Shown here: piece by piece, positions 9,788-18,714 of the stretch
Position numbering within the stretch: the first letter of the stretch is position 1
How the letters are laid out: every line of letters starts with the position of its first letter
Origin: Dehalococcoidia bacterium
GTDB lineage: Bacteria; Chloroflexota; Dehalococcoidia; Plut-88900
Assembly: GCA_965197585.1 (NCBI GenBank)
Contig: OZ240215.1
Span: 1,568,001 to 1,632,000, forward strand
DNA: 64,000 nucleotides
Direction of reading: 5' to 3'
The notes under the pieces: model-generated
The model's input: only the letters and a program-made list of their open reading frames with translations
Told to the model about the DNA's origin: nothing
Database searches by the model: none
Made by a program: the position numbers and the translations under genes

Positions 9788-11155
9788 ATGAGTCGCACAA
9801 GGCTAATCAGGCCCCGTCGTCCCCGAGCGGTATGTCACCGCCCGGCCCCCGGCACGCGCCTCCTCCCCAATCCTCATTCCCGCCTGGACCATTCCCTGAG
9901 GCGGGGCATTCCGCTCGCCCTGAGCCGAGTCGAAGCATGTCCTGAGCCCCGTCGAAGGGGGTCTCAAGAGCGGAATGGGTGGGGCCTCCTCCCCTGTCCT
10001 CTCCATCTCAACTCCCACTACAAGCGCTGCCCAAAGGCCCTACGCCTACGCCTTCGCAGCGATCAATCACCGTCCCGCCCCCTGCATGGAAGGTCCCCGG
10101 ACAAATCACGGCACGCCCTTTCCAAGGACCACTGCCAAGTGCGCGCCCCACTCAAACGGCGCTTAGGTTTCGCCTCTTCAGGCGACGCCCTGGAGCACAT
10201 CGTCATGTCTCCACCTCGGGCCATAGTGCCCCCTTGGGCCTCCGCGCCCTTACCGGACTCCCACGGCCTAGACCTTGCCGGCCAGTCCGAACAGTCGGAT
10301 GAGCGCCGACTCAAAACCAACGCACCCTTCTCGGACTCCGCCGTCGCAGCCCTTGCCGGCCAATCCGAACAGTCGGATGAGCGCCGACTCAAAACCAACG
10401 CACCATTTAAGGATTCCACCGTCGTCACAACCGGAGAACTTCCGACTACGAACGCCGGTCACGGGTCCACGCTCCCATCCCTTAGGGTGGTCGAGCACTT
10501 CTTTACGGATTCCACCGTCGTCACAACCGGAGAACTTCCGACTACGAACGCCGGTCACGGGTCCACGCTCCCATCCCTTAGGGTGGTCGAGCACTTCTTT
10601 ACGGATTCCACCGTCGTCACAACCGGACTACTTCCGACTACGAACGCCGGTCACGGGTCCCCGCTCCCATCCCTTGGGATGGTCGAGCACTTCTGGTGGT
10701 CGGGACTGCCCCACAGCGAGACTTCCTCGCGTCTCCTCCACATCCTCTCAGAAGTTCGGGGCTGTCGCAGAGTCGTCGCCGATGTGAACCGTCCCCAGGG
10801 GCGGACACCGTGCATCGGTACAGGCGTCGCCGTCTTCCTGCACAAACGTCCGGGACCTTCCATCCCCTCCCCCTCTGCCCCTCTAACAACCAAAACAGGT
10901 GTATACTCCCTCCATCCGGCATCCGGCCTTAGTCACCGACACGGGAGCAAGCGCCATGACGAAGCTGAAGGTCGCTCACTACCTGAACCAGTTCTTCGCC
11001 GGCATCGGCGGCGAGGACAAGGCCAACACCTCACCGGGCACCGAACCCCGACCCCTCGGCCCCGGCAACTCCCTCCACCAGACCCTGACCTCCTCTGGCG
11101 ATGGAGCGGTCGTCGCAACCGTATTCTGCGGCGACACCTATTTCACCGAAAATGA
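9788..11155 (+). pseudogene. Degenerate ORF of dispersed element copy 1 with terminase-large-subunit nuclease-like relic
   Basis: AAAGGAG RBS and ATG; N-terminus homologous to the ORF at 22962; GLDLAGQSE...DSTVVT...VVEHFWWSG...RRVVAD...GTGVAVFL; overlaps the grdB-like start. Confidence 0.45.
10273..10692 (+). repeat. In-frame tandem duplications: 78 bp x2 (10273, 10351) then 96 bp x3 (10411, 10507, 10603)
   Basis: Near-identical adjacent units read directly; no spacers. Confidence 0.95.
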
Positions 11156-12284
11156 AGAGGAAGCCCTCGACCGCATCGTCGAACTAGTCCGGGACTCTGG
11201 TGCCGACGTTCTCGTCGCCGGGCCCGCTTTCGGGTCGGGACGCTATGGCCTCGCCTGCGCCCAGGTCTGCCAAAAGGTTGCCTCTTCCCTCGGTATTCCC
11301 GTCGTAGCCGGAATGCACCCAGCCAGCCCGGGAGCCGAGCAGTACAAGGGCCAAGTCTACATCGCCTCCACCGCCGAGACCGCAGTCGGCATGCCAGCCG
11401 CCATCTCTGCTATGGCCAACTTGGCAGCAAAGCTAGGGCGTGGTGAAGAGCTCGGACCCGCCGACGAGGACGGCTATATACCCACCGGCCGGGTCAAGAC
11501 CCAGGTCCACGAAAAGACCATGGCCCAGAGACTTGTCGACATGGCCCTCAAGAAGGTCAGAGGCGAGCCTTTCGAGACCGAGTGGCCCCTCCCCACCATG
11601 GAGAAGATAGCCCCGGCGCCTGCCATAGATTCCTTGGCCGGTGCCCGTATCGCCCTCGTCACCGAGGGCGGCGTCGTCCCCAGGGGCAACCCCGACAAGA
11701 TTCCCAGCGGTTGGGCCCGCCACTGGGCCCGCTACGACATCGGCGAGACGTCAGACCTCACCGCCGAGGAATGGCAGTCGGTCCACGGCGGCTTCGATAC
11801 CACAACGTTAAACCGTGACCCGGACAGGGTCGTGCCCCTTGATGTGATGCGCGATCTGGAAGAAGAAAAGGCCATAGGCAAGGTCCATGAGTATATGTAC
11901 TCGACCGTCGGGAACCTTGGCTACGTCGCCAACATGAAGCAGTTCGGCCAGGATATCGCCGCCGAGCTTCAGGCCGCTGGCGTCCAGGGGGTGATCCTCA
12001 CCGGCACCTGAGGCACGGGTACACGTAGCGGCGCTACGCTTGCCAAAGAGTTGGAACGGGCCGGCCTTCCCACCGCCTTCATCACCGCAATGGTCCCATT
12101 GGCCCAGAGCATCGGTGCAAACCGGATCGTCCAGGGCAAATCAGTGACTACGACTACAGGCGACCCCAGCCTCCCCCCCGACGAAGAAAAAGCTTTCCGC
12201 CGACGCCTCGTCGAGAGGGCTCTCAAGTCACTGCAGTCCACTCCACAGGACCAGGAAGTCGTCTGGGGCGAGGACCGGGGCTAG
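10956..12284 (+). CDS. grdB: Glycine/sarcosine/betaine reductase selenoprotein B family protein (Sec at in-frame UGA 12009-12011)
   Basis: HYLNQFFAGIGGEDKA, AGPAFGSGRYG, HGGFD, DPDRVVPLD; ILTGT-UGA-GTGTRSGATLAKELERAG continues in frame to TAG 12284, matching GrdB LTSTUGTCTRCG. Confidence 0.88.
12012..12045 (+). promoter_or_regulatory. Candidate bacterial SECIS hairpin
   Basis: CGTAGC-GGC-GCTACG stem-loop at 12024-12038, 12 nt after the UGA. Confidence 0.5.
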
Positions 12285-13819
12285 ACCGCCACCCGCTCCA
12301 GGTCTTTCAGTATGGCCTTTGCGGCGTTGTGTCCCGGTGCCCCAGTGATCTCTCCACCGGGGTGCGTCCCCGACCCGCACATGTAGAACCGGTTGATACT
12401 CGACCGGTACGGCATCCGACCCGTGAAAATCTGTTTCGTCGTTATGTCTATATGCCGGATGTTGCCGTCCGTGAGGAATTGCCTGATCTCGATGTCCTCC
12501 GGCGTCTGCAGCGTCCAGTCCACTATCGACTCCCGGAAGTTGGGTGCATAGGTCGTCAGTATGTCTATCAGCTGCTCCCCGACCTTCGGGCCCTCCACGT
12601 CCCACGAACCGTCTTTTAGCTCCGCAGGCGCATACAGCGTCCACGACGAAAGCACGTGGTGGCCCGCCGGCGTCAACGACTTGTCGTAGATCGAAGGCAT
12701 CTGCACGTTCATCACCGGGCAGCTTGAGGGATAGCCGTTCTTGGCGTCGTCCCAGCTCTGCTGGAAGTAGTCCACCGAGGGACAGATTCGGAAATACGCC
12801 GTCAGTCGAGGATCGTATTCCTCCCCCAGGTAGCTGCTGAAGTCGGGCAGCTCCCGTAGGGCAACCAGCAGCTTGACGCAGTTCGCTCGAGTGGATAGTC
12901 CGTCTACTTTGGTCTTCGTAGCCGCGTCTACGTCGGCCGCATCCACCAGGTCCCGGTAAGTGCGCTTGGGGTCGGCGTTGGACACGACCATGAAACTCCT
13001 GATCTCTTCACCGCTCTCCAACCTGACCCCGACCGCCGTCCCGTCTTCGACAATCACCTTGTCTACTACAGTGTTCAACCTGATCTCGACCCCGAGGGAC
13101 TTGGCATACCGGGCCATCGCGAAGGGCAGTTGGCTCATGCCACCGCGCGGTATGCCATAATTCTCCGGCTTGGTGAAGGTGTTTACTCGCAGATATGCCA
13201 GGCTCAGGATGCTGCCCGGTGCGCTTGGGTCACCTGCGTCCTGGGCGTCGATGAAGTGCGCCTTCACCTGCGGATGCTCGAAGTGCCTGTCGACCAGGTC
13301 TCTCATGCTGACGGTGAGCATGGTCTCCCACACTTCCTCATCACTCGTGCCCCGGACGTCCTGGTAAACCTCCGCAAGCGTCGGCGGCTCCCGGAACCAG
13401 TACCTGTGCAGGATCGCCGACGCCCTTTCCCAGAAGTTCACCCATTCAGGGAATGCCCGGGCATCCCTCTCCGAGAACCGGGCCAGCTCCTCTGCGTTCC
13501 GGTGATTCTCCCGGTACGTCATGATGTAGTTGCCGTCCGGGAACGGGTCGAACCGGAACGTCGTGAACGGGATTATGTCCAGCCCGTTGTCCCGCAACTT
13601 CAGGTCGTCGATCACCCGTCCCTGCATGATGTGCAGAATGTAGGCGCAGTAGGGGATGGTGAAGCCCGGGGCGAGTTCGTCGCTGACCACGGCGCCGCCC
13701 ACCATTTCGAGCCGCTCCAGCACCAGGACTTTCAGGCCTTCCTGGGCCAGATATCCCGCCGTGACGAGACCGTTGTGCCCCGCCCCGATGATGATGGCGT
13801 CGTATTCGTGCTGCTGCAT
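12281..13819 (-). CDS. Phytoene dehydrogenase-like NAD(P)/FAD-dependent oxidoreductase
   Basis: IGAGHNGLVTA, GGAVVS, PRGGMSQL, CGSGTHPGGEITGAPGHNAA. Confidence 0.92.
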   Translation of the reverse strand: MQQHEYDAIIIGAGHNGLVTAGYLAQEGLKVLVLERLEMVGGAVVSDELAPGFTIPYCAYILHIMQGRVIDDLKLRDNGLDIIPFTTFRFDPFPDGNYIMTYRENHRNAEELARFSERDARAFPEWVNFWERASAILHRYWFREPPTLAEVYQDVRGTSDEEVWETMLTVSMRDLVDRHFEHPQVKAHFIDAQDAGDPSAPGSILSLAYLRVNTFTKPENYGIPRGGMSQLPFAMARYAKSLGVEIRLNTVVDKVIVEDGTAVGVRLESGEEIRSFMVVSNADPKRTYRDLVDAADVDAATKTKVDGLSTRANCVKLLVALRELPDFSSYLGEEYDPRLTAYFRICPSVDYFQQSWDDAKNGYPSSCPVMNVQMPSIYDKSLTPAGHHVLSSWTLYAPAELKDGSWDVEGPKVGEQLIDILTTYAPNFRESIVDWTLQTPEDIEIRQFLTDGNIRHIDITTKQIFTGRMPYRSSINRFYMCGSGTHPGGEITGAPGHNAAKAILKDLERVAV

Positions 13820-13842
13820 TTAATGTGCTCCCGGGCCCCTGG

Positions 13843-14934
13843 CTAGTCGTACATGATGACGCTTCTGGCGATGTGTGCGTCCCTCATATCCTCGAAAGCC
13901 TCGTTAATGTCTTCCAGCTTGATCCGCTTGGAGATTATCTCGTCCAGCTTCAGCCGACCCTGTCGGTAAAGCTCCATGTACTGCGGCATGTCCACCCTGA
14001 AGTGGTTGGAGCCCATGTTGCTTCCCTGGATTCGGCGCCCGTCCAGCAACGAGGGCCCGTCTATCGTGACCTTTGTCCCCTGCGGGATCATGCCGATAAC
14101 CGTGGCCATACCACCCTTATCGAGCATGTCGTAGCACTGCTCTGCCGTAACCGCCTTCCCTATCGCCTCGAACGCATAGTCCACTCCCAGGCCTCCCGTG
14201 AGTCCTTTTACCTTGTCGACTACCCCACCCTTCGACGCGTCGATAACGTCCGTAGCCCCGACCCTCTGCGCAAATCCCAGCTTGTCCTCCACGGCGTCTA
14301 TCGCTATGACTTTCGCCGCCCCGGCAATGATCGCTCCATTGATCGCGCTCAGTCCAACCCCCCCACACCCCACAACCGCCACGGTACTCCCCGGCCTCAC
14401 CCTGGCTGTCCTCATCGCCGCCCCGACTCCCGTGGTCACGCCACAACCTATCAACGCCTGCACTTCGATTGGCACATCCTCTTCCACAACCACCGCCGCG
14501 TTCTCGTGGACCAGCATGTACTCCGCAAAGGAAGACAGGTTCATCGCTTGGTGGATCACTTCGTCGCCCTTGTGCAGGCGCGGCGACTCATTACGCCCCC
14601 TCTTGAGGCCTACTCCCCTGCAGTTCACCATCTCGCCCTGTATGCACTTGTCGCAGGTGCCGCAGAACACGGAAAGGCAGGTTATGACCCTGTCTCCCGG
14701 CTGATGGTACGTCACCTGGGCCCCGACTGCTGCCACCGTCCCCGCAGCCTCGTGTCCCAGGATGGTCGGCAGGGGGCACTTGTACAGCCCGTCTATGTAG
14801 TGCAGGTCGCTGTGGCAAACTCCGGAAGCTCCCGTCTTTATCAATATCTCCCGGGGCCCGGGTTCCCCTACGTCAACCTCTTCTATGGTAACCGGCTCGT
14901 ACGGCGCCCTCATAACGGCTGCTTTCATCTTCAT
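13843..14934 (-). CDS. Zn-dependent alcohol dehydrogenase (MDR)
   Basis: GVCHSDLH, GHEAAG, CGTCDKC, GCGGVG. Confidence 0.95.
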   Translation of the reverse strand: MKMKAAVMRAPYEPVTIEEVDVGEPGPREILIKTGASGVCHSDLHYIDGLYKCPLPTILGHEAAGTVAAVGAQVTYHQPGDRVITCLSVFCGTCDKCIQGEMVNCRGVGLKRGRNESPRLHKGDEVIHQAMNLSSFAEYMLVHENAAVVVEEDVPIEVQALIGCGVTTGVGAAMRTARVRPGSTVAVVGCGGVGLSAINGAIIAGAAKVIAIDAVEDKLGFAQRVGATDVIDASKGGVVDKVKGLTGGLGVDYAFEAIGKAVTAEQCYDMLDKGGMATVIGMIPQGTKVTIDGPSLLDGRRIQGSNMGSNHFRVDMPQYMELYRQGRLKLDEIISKRIKLEDINEAFEDMRDAHIARSVIMYD

Positions 14935-14997
14935 CTCGGGTGTCCTCCTTGGGTTTTGGTCAATCGGACTCGGTCATTCGTAACGTGATTCGTATTG

Positions 14998-16080
14998 CTA
15001 GTCAAAGGTGAGCACACTCCGGGCCACGTGGCCTTCTTTCATGTCATCAAAGGCCCTGTTTACGTCTTCCAGGGGCATCTGCTGGGAGATCATCTCCTTC
15101 AGCTTCAACCGACCCTGTAGATATAGCTCTATGTAGCGGGGCATGTCGATCCGGAACCTGTTCGACCCCATGCTGCTCCCGCCAATTTTTCTCTCACTCA
15201 ATAGGGACGGCCCGTCCAGGTGGATCATCGTTCCTTCGGGAATCATCCCGATAACCGTGGCCAAGCCTCCGGAATCGAGCATGTTGTACGCCTGCTCCGC
15301 CGTCTCTTTCAGCCCGATAGCTTCGAATGAGTAGTCGACGCCCCTCGGCGAGAGTGAGAACACCTTATCCACCGTCCCCCCACCCGAAGCGTCAATTACA
15401 TCCGTCGCCCCAAGCTCCCTCGCCAACGCCAGCTTAGTCTCTATCGTGTCGATGGCGATAATCCGCTCGGCGCCGGCGAGCACCGCCCCTTGCAAAGCAC
15501 TCAGCCCGATTCCCCCCAGCCCCAGCACCGCCACCGTGCTTCCAGGTGCAACCTTTGCAGTGTTCAGGGCAGCGCCCACACCCGTCGTAACCGCACACCC
15601 GATCAACGCCACCTCTTCGAGGGGAACATCCTTCCGTATCTTGCAGGTGGCATTCTCATGCACCAGCATGTACTCTGCGAACGTGGACAGGAACGAAAAC
15701 TGGTGCATGATGTCCCCATTCTGTCGCAGGCGAGAAGGCTCGCTGGGGAGACGTTCCATCCCTTTCCTACGGCATAGGTTAGGATGCCCGCTCAGGCACT
15801 TGTCACATACGCCGCAGAATACCGAGAGACACGTAATCACGTGGTCGCCCGGCTTCACGTAGTCCACCATCGACCCCACAGCCTCTATCACCCCTGCCGC
15901 CTCGTCACCCAGCACAGTCGGCAAGGGGAACGAGTACTTGCCCTCCATGTAATGAAGGTTGCTGTGGCAGACCCCCGAGGCCACCGTCCGCACCACCACC
16001 TCGTTCGGCCCCGGATCATCGATCTGTACGTCCTCAATAGTTAGCGGGGTATCGACCTCGCGTAGTACGGCTGCTTTCAT
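14998..16080 (-). CDS. Zn-dependent alcohol dehydrogenase paralog with altered catalytic-Zn motif
   Basis: GVCHSNLH, GDEAAG, CGVCDKC, GLGGIG. Confidence 0.93.
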   Translation of the reverse strand: MKAAVLREVDTPLTIEDVQIDDPGPNEVVVRTVASGVCHSNLHYMEGKYSFPLPTVLGDEAAGVIEAVGSMVDYVKPGDHVITCLSVFCGVCDKCLSGHPNLCRRKGMERLPSEPSRLRQNGDIMHQFSFLSTFAEYMLVHENATCKIRKDVPLEEVALIGCAVTTGVGAALNTAKVAPGSTVAVLGLGGIGLSALQGAVLAGAERIIAIDTIETKLALARELGATDVIDASGGGTVDKVFSLSPRGVDYSFEAIGLKETAEQAYNMLDSGGLATVIGMIPEGTMIHLDGPSLLSERKIGGSSMGSNRFRIDMPRYIELYLQGRLKLKEMISQQMPLEDVNRAFDDMKEGHVARSVLTFD

Positions 16081-16335
16081 GGGTCACCTCCCTATCGTGG
16101 GTCTCGATGCGGTGTAAGTTTAGTTAGCGGCACACAATGCGGGTCACGGGTGAGTTTATTATCCCCCGTCGCACGGAGTCAACATGTCTATCCCGCATCA
16201 GAAAATATGCCCGCGCCGATGATTAAACCGCTCTCCTCATTATTCGCCGACCCAATCTGCTGTAAGATGTAGGAACAACGCTGGTTCCACAAGGACCCGC
16301 GTTACAATTCCATATGCCAATTTCCCACTAGGAGC

Positions 16336-16881
16336 TTGCCCATGACGTCGCCCTCAGGTTCCAAGATCATCATGGAAGGCCAATTTGACACGCGCTACAT
16401 TGGATACTACCGCATTTGGGTGTCCATGTTCCTTGTCATCACCGTAGTCGGCATTCTCTTCATACCGTTCTGGCTGATTTTCAGCCTGTGGTACGGCCCC
16501 GAGTCCATACGCCGCCTCTCCGTTCGGCTCACCCCAACCACCCTCGAAATCGGGAAAGGCGTCTACTTCCGTAAAGAAATCACCATTCCCCTGAGCCGCA
16601 TCACCGACGTCCGGCTCCACGATGGCCCCCTGATGCGATTCTTCCGCATCCGCGGCCTTAAGGTCGAGACCGCAGGCCAGTCCGGCAATGATGCAGGCAC
16701 AGAGGGTGATCTCGTCGGCGTCATCGACCCAGTGGAGTTTCGGGACGCCATCCTTCGCCAGCGTGAGGGTATAGTGGAAGGCGCTCAGCCCCCCACCCCC
16801 TCCCCTGCCGCTTCCGGTGACACTGACTCCGTCCTAACCGAAATCCGGGACATCCTCGCCCGCATAGAGTCAAAGGCCTGA
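16336..16881 (+). CDS. Membrane protein with bacterial PH (bPH_2) domain
   Basis: TM segment then TIPLSRITDV..GPLMR..LKVETAG. Confidence 0.85.
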   Translation: MPMTSPSGSKIIMEGQFDTRYIGYYRIWVSMFLVITVVGILFIPFWLIFSLWYGPESIRRLSVRLTPTTLEIGKGVYFRKEITIPLSRITDVRLHDGPLMRFFRIRGLKVETAGQSGNDAGTEGDLVGVIDPVEFRDAILRQREGIVEGAQPPTPSPAASGDTDSVLTEIRDILARIESKA

Positions 16882-16933
16882 ATGACCTGAGACTAACCTG
16901 GGTGCGTCGCACTCCACTCAACCCCCTGATTAC

Positions 16934-16978
16934 AAAAGGAATCGGCGAATGCCCAGGGCATTCGCCGATTCCTTTTTC
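16934..16978. terminator. Bidirectional intrinsic terminator between convergent genes
   Basis: AAAAGGAATCGGCGAATGCCC-A-GGGCATTCGCCGATTCCTTTT perfect inverted repeat. Confidence 0.85.
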
Positions 16979-16996
16979 TGCAAAATAGTTGGGCAG

Positions 16997-17455
16997 CTAC
17001 TCCGTAGTTACCTTCTCTCCCTTACCGACTAGAGCGGCCTTCAGGGTATGCCAGGCGAGGCTCGCGCACTTGACCCGCATCGGGAATTGGCTGACTCCAG
17101 TCAACGCCGCTAGCTTGCCCAGCCTATCGATTGCCTCCATCATATCCATGCCGGTCTCCCCGGTCACCGACTCGTGGAACAGTTCAAACAGCTCCCGGGC
17201 TTCCTCTTTATTCAGACCCTTAACCAGCTCCGTCATCATTGACGCCGAGGCCTTGGAGATAGCGCACCCATCCCCCTGAAACCCCACTGCCATGATAGTC
17301 TCCCCGTCCAGCACGACTTCCACGTTTATTATGTCCCCGCACAGCGGGTTGTACCCTTGCGCCGAGCCGTTTGCGTTTTCGAGTGGCCCGAAGTTTCGGG
17401 GCCGGTTGTTGTGGTCCAACACGGCCTGCTGATACAGGTCTGAAAGATCGCTCAT
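16997..17455 (-). CDS. sufU: SUF system NifU-family Fe-S assembly protein
   Basis: LYQQAVLDH, NPLCGD, GCAISKASAS, RVKCASLAW. Confidence 0.95.
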   Translation of the reverse strand: MSDLSDLYQQAVLDHNNRPRNFGPLENANGSAQGYNPLCGDIINVEVVLDGETIMAVGFQGDGCAISKASASMMTELVKGLNKEEARELFELFHESVTGETGMDMMEAIDRLGKLAALTGVSQFPMRVKCASLAWHTLKAALVGKGEKVTTE

Positions 17456-18714
17456 GTACCAAAGACCTCTATTACTTTGTCTAGTCCCTTGACCAGGGCG
17501 TCTATATCAGACTTGGTGTTGTAGAAAGCCAGCGACGCCCTCGCCGTCGCAGGCACCCCGAAGTGCTGCATCACCGGCTGGGCACAATGGTGCCCCGTCC
17601 GAATCGCCACCCCTTCCGTGTCCAGTATCGTTCCCACGTCGTGAGCGTGAATGCCGTCCAGAAGAAAAGACACGACTCCCGCCTTCTTCCGGGCCGTGCC
17701 CAATATCCGCACCCGTTCTATTGATGATAGCGTCTCGTGCGCGTAGCTCAACAGCGAGTTTTCGTATTCTGCGATGCGTCCCATCCCTACTTCCTGCACA
17801 TAGTCAATGGCCGCGCCCAAGCCTATGGCTCCGGCTATGTTCGGCGTCCCAGCCTCGAACTTGTAGGGCAAGTCGTTGTACACCGTTTTCTCAAATGTCA
17901 CCGACTTGATCATGTCCCCACCACCCTGGTAGGGAGGCATCGATTCAAGTATGTCCGCTTTGCCGTAAAGCACCCCCATCCCCGTCGGCCCGAACACCTT
18001 GTGAGACGAAAACGCCAGGAAGTCGCAGTCTATGTCCCGCACGTCCACCGGGCCATGAGGCACGGCCTGCGCCGCGTCAATAAGTACTGGTATGCCCCGG
18101 CTGTGCGCCATTTCGACTATCGTATTCACCGGGTTTACCGTTCCCAGCGCGTTCGACGTGTGCGCCATGGACACCAGCTTCGTCCGAGGCCCCAGGATCC
18201 GCTCATATTCATCCATGAGCAGTTCCCCGTCCTCGTTGAAGGGAACAACCTTCAACACGGCCCCCGTCTGCTCGCACACCACCTGCCACGGCACAATGTT
18301 CGAGTGGTGCTCCATCTCCGAGATCACGATCTCGTCCCCCACCCCGACTCGGTCCCGGCCGTAGCTCGCCGCCACCAGGTTTATCCCGTCCGTCGTGCCC
18401 TTTACGAAGATGATTTCCCGGTCTTCGGCGGCGTTAATGAACTTCCGCACCTTGGTTCGTGACCCCTCGTACTCTGCGGTCGCCATTTCGCTGAGGGCAT
18501 GGAGCCCGCGGTGAACGTTGGCGTTGTAGCGCGAGTAGTAATCGCTGATCGTGTCTATAACGGCTTGGGGCTTCTGGCTCGTGGCCGCGTTGTCGAGATA
18601 TACCAGAGGCTTGCCCCTGACCTCCTGGTTAAGGGCCGGGAATTCGCTTCTGAGCCTTGCGGCCTCCCGCTCGTCCAGGGGCCTGGCGACGTCTCTCGAC
18701 ACGGATGTGCTCAC
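17452..18714 (-). CDS. sufS: Cysteine desulfurase SufS
   Basis: YLDNAATSQKP, EHHSN, SSHKVFGPTG, RTGHHCAQP; GTG start at 18714 overlaps the sufD stop. Confidence 0.96.
   Translation of the reverse strand: MSTSVSRDVARPLDEREAARLRSEFPALNQEVRGKPLVYLDNAATSQKPQAVIDTISDYYSRYNANVHRGLHALSEMATAEYEGSRTKVRKFINAAEDREIIFVKGTTDGINLVAASYGRDRVGVGDEIVISEMEHHSNIVPWQVVCEQTGAVLKVVPFNEDGELLMDEYERILGPRTKLVSMAHTSNALGTVNPVNTIVEMAHSRGIPVLIDAAQAVPHGPVDVRDIDCDFLAFSSHKVFGPTGMGVLYGKADILESMPPYQGGGDMIKSVTFEKTVYNDLPYKFEAGTPNIAGAIGLGAAIDYVQEVGMGRIAEYENSLLSYAHETLSSIERVRILGTARKKAGVVSFLLDGIHAHDVGTILDTEGVAIRTGHHCAQPVMQHFGVPATARASLAFYNTKSDIDALVKGLDKVIEVFGT

Noticed and set aside
10273-10692. CRISPR array
   Set aside because: Units are 78 and 96 bp, directly adjacent with no unique spacers, and no cas genes are present
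10899-12284. Two separate genes or a nonsense pseudogene
   Set aside because: The UGA falls at the conserved Sec position and homology continues in frame
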